Below the pieces are notes generated by a model. That model made no database searches. It saw only the letters and a list, made by a program, of their open reading frames with translations, and was not told where the DNA came from. The position numbers were made by a program, and so were the translations under genes. 64,000 bases of DNA from a virus: positions 32,001 to 96,000 of the IMG/VR virus record IMGVR_UViG_3300008255_000099. One strand, given 5' to 3'. Shown one piece after another: positions 9,529-19,434 of this stretch; position 1 is the stretch's first letter; every line of letters begins with the position of its first letter.

Positions 9529-9643
9529 AAAGGAGAAGTAAATGTTTGAAAATGAGTTTAGGTAGGGAAGGTCACCTCCTTGTCTATTTTTTTCGGAGGC
9601 TAATAAGCAACACATCTGAACGAAACTGAATGCGACAAGGAGA

Positions 9644-9991
9644 ATGGAAATGAAAAAAACAATCTTCGCTTTAAAAGAAGAAATTAAAAAAATGTCTGAA
9701 ATTCAGAAAAAACTGAAAATTTTGAGAAAAACTGTATATCGTCACCCAAAACACGATGAATATTTTGCAGAATTAGGAGTTCAGGGGAATGGCGCTGCGA
9801 CACAGTGCGTCTACAATTCCTATTACATTTCTATTTTAATTTCACTAATGAATGAATTAAAAGGGAATCCAATAAGACATTATCGGGATTGGGTCGATGG
9901 GAAATCCCCAAGTTGCACTTGGGTCAAAAGAATAAATGAAAAACTTGGGATTGAGATAGAAAGACAACAAGCTATTTTACAAATAGCTTAA
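9644..9991 (+). CDS. Hypothetical phage protein
   Basis: AAGGAG RBS; basic helical N-terminus. Confidence 0.65.
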   Translation: MEMKKTIFALKEEIKKMSEIQKKLKILRKTVYRHPKHDEYFAELGVQGNGAATQCVYNSYYISILISLMNELKGNPIRHYRDWVDGKSPSCTWVKRINEKLGIEIERQQAILQIA

Positions 9992-9993
9992 AC

Positions 9994-10037
9994 AAAACAA
10001 ATTTGGCCGAAGGTGTTCCTTCGGCCAAATTTGTTTT
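9994..10037. terminator. Bidirectional intrinsic terminator
   Basis: 20-bp inverted repeat with 4-nt loop between convergent genes. Confidence 0.85.
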
Positions 10038-10041
10038 AAAA

Positions 10042-11256
10042 TTAAGCTGATTCTTTAAATGACAATGATTCAAGAATTGTTCCAGTAGACGTTGTTGTTT
10101 GGCAACAAAGTGCTACAACATCTGAAACCCCATCAATATCCGCAGCTATAGATAATAGATTATTTACATTAATATTTGATAGCGCATCAGAAGATTTAGA
10201 AATATATCCAGAACTAATTTGCGTCCCATTAGTAACTGTTCCTGTTGCAGTGATATCATATTGTGCTACGCTATTATCCAATGTTACCCATGAGGCTGCT
10301 GTTCCACCCGTTACAGTAGGGTTAAAAATAACAGCCCATCTATAATCATCATTACCAGAAACCGATAGAAAATTTAAACCAATAATTTCTATTTTCTCAC
10401 GTATATAAGAAGAGTTAAGTCTAATTTGAATAACTGGTATTAATGTTGTTGACATTGATTTCGATGTTATACCATTATCAACAGATCTAATTATTTCTCT
10501 TGGATTATGACCGCCCTCTGACATAACAGAACAACAAATTGCATCCATTGTTGTAAGACTAGCGGTTGTATTTGTGTTTATAATTTCATATCTAACTGGC
10601 AAATTCGGTGTCGTCATATAAACTTCCGCTTTATTGTTCGCATTATTAAATTCATGACAATATGCTGGAATCCCATCTATAACAAATCCTAACCTAACAC
10701 GACCAACACCAAGCCATTCTAAATCAATAAAGAAAATTTGACATTTAGTAAAATCTAAATTTATTCCACTTGGACCTGTGCCATCCATTATATCTAAATT
10801 CCAGCTTGATTGAACGACACGAGTATCAACAGCGGATCCAGAAGTGTAACTTCTTTGTACCACTCCCATAACTGTTCCTGCCATTTCAAAGAAAATACCG
10901 TTAGATGCATCAAAATAACCTATTCTCTTTGTGACATTTTCTTTCCCGTCATTTAAATTGCCTGTTATTATTATAAGATGAGATTTTCCGGGTTGATACT
11001 GAAAATATTCTTTCGTTTATCTTATAACATATTCACCAGATACAGTCCCAACCTGAAGTGTTGTTGAGCTTTCATTGATATTATATGTAGTTGAAGCACC
11101 TGCCCCATTTGTTTTTATTGACCAAATAAGTCCATTATCCATACCAATCTGTTTACTATCAAATAAACTCTGGGTATTTGAAACTCTAAGTCTGGCAAAA
11201 GCATCTATCGAAGGACTATCACTATATTCAATTTTTGTTGTTGGAAAATAACTCAT
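10042..11256 (-). pseudogene. Virion structural-like protein split by an in-frame TAA
   Basis: ORFs 11017-11256 and 10042-10884 share a frame: ...GEYVIR*TKEYFQYQPGKS...GYFDASNGIFFE; FIDLEWLGVGRVRLGFVIDG motif. Confidence 0.65.
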
Positions 11257-11291
11257 TTTTTATCCTATTTAATTATATTATCCTGTCTAAA

Positions 11292-12263
11292 TTAGATAAT
11301 ATACCAAGCATCCACATTATTGCTTATTAAACTAATTGAAACCCATTGATTTGTTATAAATACTTGTTGATAATAATCTATTGTTTCAACCCCATCTGGT
11401 GTTATTATTAATTGATTGGCTGAACTATCAATCTTTTTAATAATATAATTTTTACCACCTATTAATGCTGCCGTCGGTAATGTTATTTCTACGTCCCCCG
11501 AACTAGCATCCACAATACAAATACAATCTGTTGATGTTAAAGTATAATCAGATGTCTTTTCTACATATGACAATGACAATCCACCAGATAAAATTAAACT
11601 TTGAGAAGAGATATCTCCTGATAAATATAAATCTTTAAATTTTTTCGATAAGGATCCTAAATCAACGGAGTTGTTTGTTACTGGTTGGATAACCGTATCA
11701 TAAAGATCTAAAATACCAACATCTATTGGTGTAGCCCCATCATCTGAAATTGTAATTCTTAAATAGGGGTTAGAATTTGAAATAACCTCAAATGTTGCTC
11801 TTATCTCATTGTCTACGGCTCCAGTAAAATAATTTCCAGAAATAGAAAAAACAGGAGAATTAGCACCTAGTCCTGTTGTCGGATCATCAATTCTTACTTC
11901 TTCGCTATTTGTTATTTTAAAAATTGTTCTAGATGCAATATTTAAATTAATATCCCCCGAAGCATTAGCATCAGCATCTGATGTTACTTCTATATCAGAA
12001 TTTGACGAAAGCGATTCTGCGGAGCCACCGCCTGCGGTGTTTATACTCGACCCATCAGAAAAATAAAGAGAACCACCAGCCCTAATTCTAATATCCCCAT
12101 TAACATCTAATACATATTCTGGGGATGAAGTTAAAACACCGACTCTATTATTTACAGAATCTACTGTCAAAACATCATTATCAACAAATAATGATCCTTT
12201 GATTATAACACCTTCTGATGTCTCATGTATATTTGATCTTTTAATTATTGGATAACTTGGCAT
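11292..12263 (-). CDS. Tail fiber/virion structural-like protein
   Basis: Gly/Ser/Asp-rich beta repeats (LYVDSVNNRVG-like; SVDLGSLSKKFKDLYL); C-terminal YTLTSTD..VDASSGDVEITLPTA domain. Confidence 0.6.
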   Translation of the reverse strand: MPSYPIIKRSNIHETSEGVIIKGSLFVDNDVLTVDSVNNRVGVLTSSPEYVLDVNGDIRIRAGGSLYFSDGSSINTAGGGSAESLSSNSDIEVTSDADANASGDINLNIASRTIFKITNSEEVRIDDPTTGLGANSPVFSISGNYFTGAVDNEIRATFEVISNSNPYLRITISDDGATPIDVGILDLYDTVIQPVTNNSVDLGSLSKKFKDLYLSGDISSQSLILSGGLSLSYVEKTSDYTLTSTDCICIVDASSGDVEITLPTAALIGGKNYIIKKIDSSANQLIITPDGVETIDYYQQVFITNQWVSISLISNNVDAWYII

Positions 12264-12471
12264 TAAAAATTCCCTAAAATATACTATCTAATTCAAATAA
12301 ATTCAAAATTATCCTATTTTGAGAGAATTTTTATTCAAAATTCTCTCAAAATGAGTTCTGGTGATTTTCTGTAATTATTTGTAACAATCAAATTAGAATA
12401 TCCCAAAAAAAGAAAAACTAGCCAAAAAACACCTTCGGCCAGCTTTTCTGAATAAAAACTTTTCTGATATT

Positions 12472-12933
12472 TTAATCCATTCTAAATGCTTCTTTTAATT
12501 TTGTTTGTATCCCCATCCTTAATTTTTCTTCTGATGTTTTATTTTCTTTTTTTATTTTTTCAAAAAATATTTTAATAATTTCCATTATTTTAAGTGAATA
12601 TTCATAACAATATTCCATTTCTTCCGTCCAATCATCACAGCCACGATTGAAATAATTATTATCTATTTTTATTAGACCATAGTCATCTGGGAAAAAAATA
12701 ATCTTTATTTTTATTTCATTGATGTTTAAAATAATATAAAGAAAATCATAATATGGAAATAAATCATATTCTAATATATATCTGACAGATGTTAACGACG
12801 AAATTTCTATAATATTTAAATTTTTATCTTTTATTTTTTCAAGATCTTTTTCTATAAATTTATAAATATTTCCACGATAAATTTCTGGTTCTGGTCTTGA
12901 TGTTTTTAATAGTTTTTTTAGATAATTAAACAT
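12472..12933 (-). CDS. Hypothetical protein
   Basis: ORF overlapping the ligase stop. Confidence 0.6.
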   Translation of the reverse strand: MFNYLKKLLKTSRPEPEIYRGNIYKFIEKDLEKIKDKNLNIIEISSLTSVRYILEYDLFPYYDFLYIILNINEIKIKIIFFPDDYGLIKIDNNYFNRGCDDWTEEMEYCYEYSLKIMEIIKIFFEKIKKENKTSEEKLRMGIQTKLKEAFRMD

Positions 12934-13843
12934 TTTTCTTTCCTATAATTCCTCTTTCAGTCAAAAGTGCTTTTGTTTTATATGTGATTCCTTTTGAAAC
13001 TGGTTTCCAATCATCTGAAATTTCTTTCCAAGAATCATTGCATTCTTTTTGAATATCAAGATTTATTTCTTTAATTATATCTCCAACCCCAGGATTATCA
13101 CCGAGGTGGGTCAAAACATGGGTTAGTCTTTCGTCTGTGACCCATTCATCAACAAACCCATCAAGGCCAATAATCTCAACAACTTCTTTTTGTTCTCTTG
13201 CTGATTTTAATTCTTCGAAGGCTGGGTTTTTGAATTTAATTAAAATTCTATCCATTTGATTGTCAAAAAAAGTTTTTCTTGTTCTTAAAACAATACCTTC
13301 TGTCATTTGCCCGTCAAACCCATTACTTTTTGCCAATGTTGATTCACAAATTGTCATTGGTCGAAGGATTTCCTCATCAAATGGTCCTTCGTAAAGCAAT
13401 GGGACAACATCATACCCAAGATTTTTCGAAACATCTTCAATTCCATCCCAAGCTAACCAAAAACCATAAATACAAACATCAAAAACAATAAATCTTTTTT
13501 CATCTGAATATTTAATTTTTCCACAAATTCCAGGTCCATACCATTCGCCGACAATTATAATTTCTGAAATTCCTGGATAAACTCTGCGAATAACTTCTTC
13601 TTGATCTTTTGCGAAGGAATAAAGGCCATAACTGTCTTTGATTCTTTCGTTCGGACCAATCAAACAATTGTGTGTTGCCACAAAAAATTCATTGTTAACC
13701 AAACCAAATTTGGATTGTGCTCCATCTATTTTCTCGGTTGCGATAACCATCGAAAAATCAGAAAGTTTTCCCTTTGAATCTTTTAAGGATTTAATTGTCG
13801 CATAATCAACCGCCTCTTGCAGCGACATCGACATGTCTTTCAT
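12926..13843 (-). CDS. RNA ligase (Rnl2-like)
   Basis: Nucleotidyltransferase motifs TEKIDG, GEWYG, FIVFDV, EGIVLR, IKFKN. Confidence 0.8.
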   Translation of the reverse strand: MKDMSMSLQEAVDYATIKSLKDSKGKLSDFSMVIATEKIDGAQSKFGLVNNEFFVATHNCLIGPNERIKDSYGLYSFAKDQEEVIRRVYPGISEIIIVGEWYGPGICGKIKYSDEKRFIVFDVCIYGFWLAWDGIEDVSKNLGYDVVPLLYEGPFDEEILRPMTICESTLAKSNGFDGQMTEGIVLRTRKTFFDNQMDRILIKFKNPAFEELKSAREQKEVVEIIGLDGFVDEWVTDERLTHVLTHLGDNPGVGDIIKEINLDIQKECNDSWKEISDDWKPVSKGITYKTKALLTERGIIGKKNV

Positions 13844-13873
13844 TCGTTGCGCTCCTATTCTGTTCGAAAGGTG

Positions 13874-14175
13874 TTATCTATCCGTCCACTCACAATGAAA
13901 ATTATTTTCTGGAAGATGCCCGCCTTTTCTAACAATTCCCATTGAATCTGAATCTAAGATGTGAAACCAACCATTTTCGCATTTCTTTTCACCAGCCATT
14001 TCGACACAATCATCAAAAGTTATCATTTTAACAAGAGAATCTAAATCATCAGAAGAATCAATAAAATCTCCAAATCCACTATTAGGCTGACATACTCCCT
14101 CTGCTAAAGCAGGAGGGCTTTCTAGCCGTGTTCTTTGTAATAAGCATCACAAGCAAAAAGAATATATCTTTTCAT
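13874..14175 (-). pseudogene. Small gene disrupted by a 50-bp IS scar
   Basis: Removing 14087-14136 gives an 83-aa ORF MKRYILFACDAYY|PNSGFGDFIDSS...WTDR*. Confidence 0.8.
14087..14136 (-). mobile_element. 50-bp IS200/IS605-derived scar, copy 2
   Basis: TTAC|aaagaacacggctagaaagccctcctgctttagcagagggagtatgtcag; 49/50 identical to copy 1. Confidence 0.8.
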
Positions 14176-14243
14176 TTTTCTAACTTTTTTTAAAATAAGC
14201 ATTAACAAACCTAGTTGCAAATGATCTACCCATTTCTTTCCTT

Positions 14244-14291
14244 CCAACGCACAGGTCAACCAACGCACAGGTCAACCAACGCACAGGTCAA
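14244..14291. repeat. Three exact 16-bp direct repeats
   Basis: (ccaacgcacaggtcaa)x3. Confidence 0.95.
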
Positions 14292-14299
14292 GCATAGAC

Positions 14300-14328
14300 A
14301 TTATACTACCGGCACCGAATCACAGCAA
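14300..14328 (-). promoter_or_regulatory. Sigma70-type promoter
   Basis: TTGCTG-17 bp-TATAAT. Confidence 0.6.
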
Positions 14329-14552
14329 AAGAGGAAATATTATTTTCTAGCGAGTCCTAAAATTTGGACCCTAATAGATGGTGTTGGTTAGTTGGCTTGG
14401 AATAACTTTGAGGTCTGAAAATAAATTTAGCCAAGGGATATGATTAAAAACTCCTTGGCTAAATTTTCAATGACTATTTATTCGATAAAGGTATTATATA
14501 AAAAATTTCAGAATTAAATTCTGAATAACTTTTTTTATTAGGGGAAATTTAG

Positions 14553-14870
14553 ATGACAAAATATAATCGAATTGATACTTTGATTCAGTTAGCAAACTGC
14601 TTTGATCAAATAGATGATTTCCAAAATTCTGACAGACTCTCAAAATTTGCATCTGATTCAATTGAAAAAAATAAGAAAAAACCATTTCTTATTAAAACAC
14701 CAAATGGAGATAAATTTATATCAACTGAATTAATTTCTGGTTTTGAAGATGAAATGGAGCATATCCAAACTGTTGATCAGAATGTTTTAAAAGTTTTGCA
14801 AATTGCTATGGATCATCTTAGAGAAGATCCTCATTATTATTCAAAAATGTCGAAAGCAAACATAAGATAA
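14553..14870 (+). CDS. Hypothetical protein
   Basis: LIQLANCFD...SKFAS helix; MDHLREDPHYYSK motif. Confidence 0.65.
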   Translation: MTKYNRIDTLIQLANCFDQIDDFQNSDRLSKFASDSIEKNKKKPFLIKTPNGDKFISTELISGFEDEMEHIQTVDQNVLKVLQIAMDHLREDPHYYSKMSKANIR

Positions 14871-14940
14871 TTTAATTCTTAATTCTTCCGTTCCTTAAAA
14901 AATCCCCCTGGTGTATAATCATAGAAATGGAGGCAGTAGG

Positions 14941-15597
14941 ATGTCATATGACCCAAAATTTTATGAATTGTATGGTGATTACCTAAAAGAGAACAGCGTC
15001 AGAGACGCACATGATTTTGTTTTAAAGATCTCAAGAAAAAATAAGAATTTAGATTCTGTTATAGATATTGGATGTGGTGCTTGGAATGAATATCTAGAAA
15101 GAGATACTGGTAAAAAACGATATGGTTACTACTCTGGAGTAGATCTAAATTGGAATTCTTTTAATAAAATTAAATCTTTTTTGCTTAAAGAATTAACGTT
15201 CGACTGCGACACAAGAAGATTTAAGGGAAAAGAACTAGATTATAGAAATTTAGATCTTTTAATTCAATACATAAAAGAAAGAAATTTTTTCACTGGTTTT
15301 GTTAGTTTGTTTTCAACTGAAATAACTGCACCATACCTTGAGAACTATGAGTTTTACAAAGCTATTTTCGAAAGGACACAGTTAAAATCTGGGTTAGTTA
15401 GTGGGTTTTATTATTCTAACAGAAAAGAACAAGAAAAAGTTTATGAAACAGGAGGTATAATTAGTTTTCAAACTATTGAAAGTCTTGAAGATGTGAAAAA
15501 TGATGTTTTTTCAGAGATAAGAATTGTTCTTCCTGTACCCTCTAAAATGTTTGGTGATGATGTTATTGAAGTCTGGAAGTTTTTTGAGAGAATCTAA
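14941..15597 (+). CDS. SAM-dependent methyltransferase-like protein
   Basis: VIDIGCG motif I; start at ATG 14941 after GGAGG and TATAAT. Confidence 0.5.
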   Translation: MSYDPKFYELYGDYLKENSVRDAHDFVLKISRKNKNLDSVIDIGCGAWNEYLERDTGKKRYGYYSGVDLNWNSFNKIKSFLLKELTFDCDTRRFKGKELDYRNLDLLIQYIKERNFFTGFVSLFSTEITAPYLENYEFYKAIFERTQLKSGLVSGFYYSNRKEQEKVYETGGIISFQTIESLEDVKNDVFSEIRIVLPVPSKMFGDDVIEVWKFFERI

Positions 15598-15911
15598 TGA
15601 ATTATTGGAATTTTAGAAGAATGCGAATCGGAGATAAGATAGCTCTTGTCGAAGTTTATTACAACGATCTTGATGAAATAGAAGGATGGACAGAACCTGT
15701 CATCCAATCTGGGGAAAATGATCAAGAATTGTTAAATGAACTAAACCACATGATAAAAGCATTTGAAAAACCACTGTTGATTGAATCTGAAATTGAAGTA
15801 GCACCGGATGAAAGAAATAGTTTAGTCTTAAAAAAAGAAGATATAAAAAATTTAGTTCCATTAAATCTTCTCATGAATTTTAACAAGGAAGTTGAGTCTA
15901 AAGACTTATGA
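15597..15911 (+). CDS. Hypothetical phage protein
   Basis: Translationally coupled; WNFR...EVYY motif. Confidence 0.65.
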   Translation: MNYWNFRRMRIGDKIALVEVYYNDLDEIEGWTEPVIQSGENDQELLNELNHMIKAFEKPLLIESEIEVAPDERNSLVLKKEDIKNLVPLNLLMNFNKEVESKDL

Positions 15912-16462
15912 GTAAGCAATTTGTAAAACCAGATTGGGATAGTTATTTTATGGCAATGGCCTTTGTTGTTTGTCAAAGATCAATAGATCCAGACACAAAA
16001 CATGGTTGTGTTGTTGTTGATAAAGATCATTCAATTTTGTCAATTGGTTATAATTCCCCTCCAAGGGGCTGTGTGGATGAAGAAATTCCACTAACAAGAC
16101 CAGAAAAATATTCATTTTTTGAGCACGCCGAATCAAATGCGATTATTAACGCTGCAAGAGTAGGCATCCCACTCATTGGTTCAACATTTTATGTTACAGG
16201 GCACCCATGCACAAAATGTTTTTCTCAAATTTTGAATGTGGGAGCAAAAAGAATTATTTATGGACCTGTTAAATCACCTTCTGTTAATGAACAAAGATTT
16301 AAAGAAATAGAAATACTTATGAAAAATCAAGATTTGATTCTTGAAGAATATGATCAAAGCAATCTCAATATTAAATTCCTTTTAATAGATTCTTTTCTTT
16401 ATTTCTGTGACAGAGAAGGTCGTGAAGAAACTAAAATTTCAAATGTTGAAATAGAGGAATGA
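15908..16462 (+). CDS. dCMP deaminase
   Basis: HAESNAI and PCTKC zinc motifs; RSIDPDTKHGCV; GYNSPP. Confidence 0.9.
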   Translation: MSKQFVKPDWDSYFMAMAFVVCQRSIDPDTKHGCVVVDKDHSILSIGYNSPPRGCVDEEIPLTRPEKYSFFEHAESNAIINAARVGIPLIGSTFYVTGHPCTKCFSQILNVGAKRIIYGPVKSPSVNEQRFKEIEILMKNQDLILEEYDQSNLNIKFLLIDSFLYFCDREGREETKISNVEIEE

Positions 16463-16564
16463 AAAATGATGAAACCGATGAAGGTGAACTTTTTAAAGAA
16501 GCAAATGTAAGAGCATATTTTTCACAATATTTAGAATGCATAGATAAAGAGATGGAGAAATTAA

Positions 16565-18871
16565 ATGGAACAAAACACGATTGTTAATATCAGCAAAGAT
16601 GGACTTGAATTGCCCTTTGTCAATGTTGTTGCAGATACACTCCCTGAAGCATGGGAAAATGCTGTTTTAGCGACATGGGAAAATGGGGCTGAAATAAAAA
16701 CACAATATGACAAAGAAGGGGATTCTCCATCAAGAGATGTGTCTTTAAACATGATCATTCGGAATCCTTTTGCTGAACCAAGAATTCATTTAGCTTTCCC
16801 TGGTGGAATTGATGACCTTGAAGTTTATCGACAAGAAGTTGTTGATGGGATTCACGATCATTGGGTTGATCCAGCAAATGGTAAATGGGAATATTGTGTA
16901 GGCCCTGAAACTATGATTCTAATGAAAGATTATTCAGAAAAGCCTATTATAGAAATTACTAATGGAGAAGATATATTATGTTATTCGTTTGAGCATAAAA
17001 GATTAGTACCAGCTACTATTAAAGCAGTTGTTCAAACAAATGCTAAACCATACGCTATTACTTTATCGAATGGTGACAGCATACGGGTTTCATCAGTTCA
17101 TCCCCTTTATGTTGATAGGAAAGGATGGGTTAAAGCACAAGATCTTCAACTTGGAGATAATATTGCATTACATCATAGTAACACAAGTGCCCATATGCGT
17201 TCTAATATATGTGATGATAACACCATATTAGTAACTGAAGATGATATACGAAATATTCCATACCCAATTAACCATAAACGATGTATATCTGTCCTTAAGG
17301 CAAAGGGACTTCTTCCCTTTAGCTTAAATTTAGATGTGGCTGATGTTGTTATACTTCTTGCAGGATATCTTTTTGGTGATGGATGGTTAGGCACACCCTG
17401 TAGTAAATCTACATCGTGTTATCATTCTGGAAGGATTGGATTTGCAGGTGAATATGAAGCATTAAGAGCAATCCGCTCTATTATCAATTTAATTGGATTT
17501 TCAACAGGGAATATTCGTCCTCTTTATCAGAATACAAAAATTAAAGATCGTGTTATTACTGGAACTTCCTTATCATGTGGGTGTAGTCATACTCCATTAT
17601 GGGCGTTGTTTTATGCACTGAAAATACCTGTTGGCAATAAGACTAATCAACATTATACATTACCGGAATGGGTAATGCAAACTGATAACTTGAATATAAA
17701 GAAGCTCTTTTTAGATGGTTTTTTGGATGCTGAGGCATCTGCTCCATATAAACCTAAAAATGATTCTGGTATCGGTGCATCTATATATTTTAGACAAAAT
17801 AAAGATGAAAGTCTTAGTGAATCATTATTTGGTCTTATTGATCAATTTAAAGAATTACTTTTAACAGTTGGTGTTGATTCCACCCTAATTCCAGATTACG
17901 CCCAAGAAGAATCGGTTTCGTTGGGGCTTAGAATTGGTGACAGAGATAATATTGCAAAATATCTTGACTTATTTAAATACCCATTAAGTAAAACTAAACA
18001 ATTTAGAGCTAATTTATATCTTGAATATTTAAATATGTGTATGGACACAATGGATAGTTATGATTGTAAAAATCTTTCACAACTAAAATTACCTAAATAC
18101 AAAGATTGGTTATTAGGTAGAGATATTAGCAAATTAGTATTTTCATCTATTTCATCAATACAAATTTCTAATATTATTGAGCCACTATATGATATAGCTG
18201 TAGAACATCCTGACCATAATTTTATAGCCAATGGTATATTATCTCATAATACTTATCATGAAAGACTTTTTGGGTATTCTATACCAATAAATACTGATGA
18301 GTGTTTAGCATTGAATTCGAATATTAATCTTTTACCATGTAATTATCCTTTAAGTGATAATAATTTTGGATATTCTGTTAACCAAATTCAATATATCATA
18401 GACACACTTTCAGAAGTGCCACACAGTCGAAGGGCACAAGCAATAACTTGGAAACCCTGGGAGGACTGTGGAATTTATGACCCAGCTTGCCTTCAATCTT
18501 TGTTTTGTCGAATTTTTAATGACAAGTTGGTCATGAATGTTCGCATGAGAAGCAACGATGCTTTCAAAGCTGCATTTATGAACATCTTCGCTTTCACCGA
18601 TTTACAGAGGCTGATCGCTGAAAAGATTTCAGAGAAAATTGGAAGAAAAATTGAAGTAGGTCAATATCAACATCAGGTTGACTCATTTCACATTTATGGG
18701 AGTTATTTTTCTGAATTCGAAGGATTTTTAAATAGAACAGAAACGGAACCTTTTAAATCTAGAATTTGGGATAGCTCTTCAGAATTTGTTCAAGATCTTT
18801 TTGCAGAAGCAAAAGAAAAAGTAAAAAAATCAATTGAAGAAGAGAAAAAATCTGGAAGAAAAGGGCTTTAA
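16565..18871 (+). CDS. thyA: Thymidylate synthase (short, archaeal-type ThyA-like) with intein
   Basis: Spliced WEY|TYHERL; SRRAQAITW; PACLQ; MRSND; HIY. Confidence 0.8.
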   Translation: MEQNTIVNISKDGLELPFVNVVADTLPEAWENAVLATWENGAEIKTQYDKEGDSPSRDVSLNMIIRNPFAEPRIHLAFPGGIDDLEVYRQEVVDGIHDHWVDPANGKWEYCVGPETMILMKDYSEKPIIEITNGEDILCYSFEHKRLVPATIKAVVQTNAKPYAITLSNGDSIRVSSVHPLYVDRKGWVKAQDLQLGDNIALHHSNTSAHMRSNICDDNTILVTEDDIRNIPYPINHKRCISVLKAKGLLPFSLNLDVADVVILLAGYLFGDGWLGTPCSKSTSCYHSGRIGFAGEYEALRAIRSIINLIGFSTGNIRPLYQNTKIKDRVITGTSLSCGCSHTPLWALFYALKIPVGNKTNQHYTLPEWVMQTDNLNIKKLFLDGFLDAEASAPYKPKNDSGIGASIYFRQNKDESLSESLFGLIDQFKELLLTVGVDSTLIPDYAQEESVSLGLRIGDRDNIAKYLDLFKYPLSKTKQFRANLYLEYLNMCMDTMDSYDCKNLSQLKLPKYKDWLLGRDISKLVFSSISSIQISNIIEPLYDIAVEHPDHNFIANGILSHNTYHERLFGYSIPINTDECLALNSNINLLPCNYPLSDNNFGYSVNQIQYIIDTLSEVPHSRRAQAITWKPWEDCGIYDPACLQSLFCRIFNDKLVMNVRMRSNDAFKAAFMNIFAFTDLQRLIAEKISEKIGRKIEVGQYQHQVDSFHIYGSYFSEFEGFLNRTETEPFKSRIWDSSSEFVQDLFAEAKEKVKKSIEEEKKSGRKGL
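16895..18250 (+). other. Intein with LAGLIDADG endonuclease (452 aa)
   Basis: Starts CVGPET, ends ILSHN|T; LAGYLFGDG and FLDGFLDAEA motifs. Confidence 0.9.
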
Positions 18872-18960
18872 AATGATAAAAATTAACATCTTAAATGAGG
18901 CCCTAAATTTAGGTGCTAATAAGGTGTCTTGAAGTATATCTTCATTTCACGATATAAAAA

Positions 18961-19197
18961 ATGATAAAAAAAGATACAAAATTAATTCCTTCTGGTTATT
19001 ATTGTTATGAAATTTTGAGCATCAAAGATGGAAGAATAAAAACAAAAATTTGTCCTTATTGGAGTAAAGATCCTAATCGTGAGGAGCAAATGAATGGATA
19101 TTGCAGTTTCCTTGAAAAAGGGGATTGGGACGAAGATTCTTTTGGTTTGTTTTGGGATCAAGTAAAAGAGTGCGGTGTCAACAAAAGAGAAGAGTAA
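18961..19197 (+). CDS. Hypothetical Cys-rich protein
   Basis: GYYCYE...CPYW...CSFL...WDQVKECGV. Confidence 0.65.
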   Translation: MIKKDTKLIPSGYYCYEILSIKDGRIKTKICPYWSKDPNREEQMNGYCSFLEKGDWDEDSFGLFWDQVKECGVNKREE

Positions 19198-19434
19198 AAT
19201 GAAACTACCGAAAAGTGTTCACCTAATTTTTGATGAAGATGAAGTTATTTTGTTCTATCTATTTTTTGATGTCTGTGAAGAAGAATTGCAATATTCTTTA
19301 AAAGAAAATCAAGATTTATATTTAACAACAGAAGAATTTAAGAAAGAATTAAAATAACATATTTATATTATAGAGAAAATGGGATCAAATCCCAACGTGT
19401 GATGAGGGATAATCCGTAGAAAGCGAGATGAGTT

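Noticed and set aside
14087-14136. T4 gene 60-like 50-nt translational bypass
   Set aside because: Length and early stop are similar, but take-off GGC and candidate landing GGA do not match, copy 1 is in a different frame, and the IS-end explanation fits better
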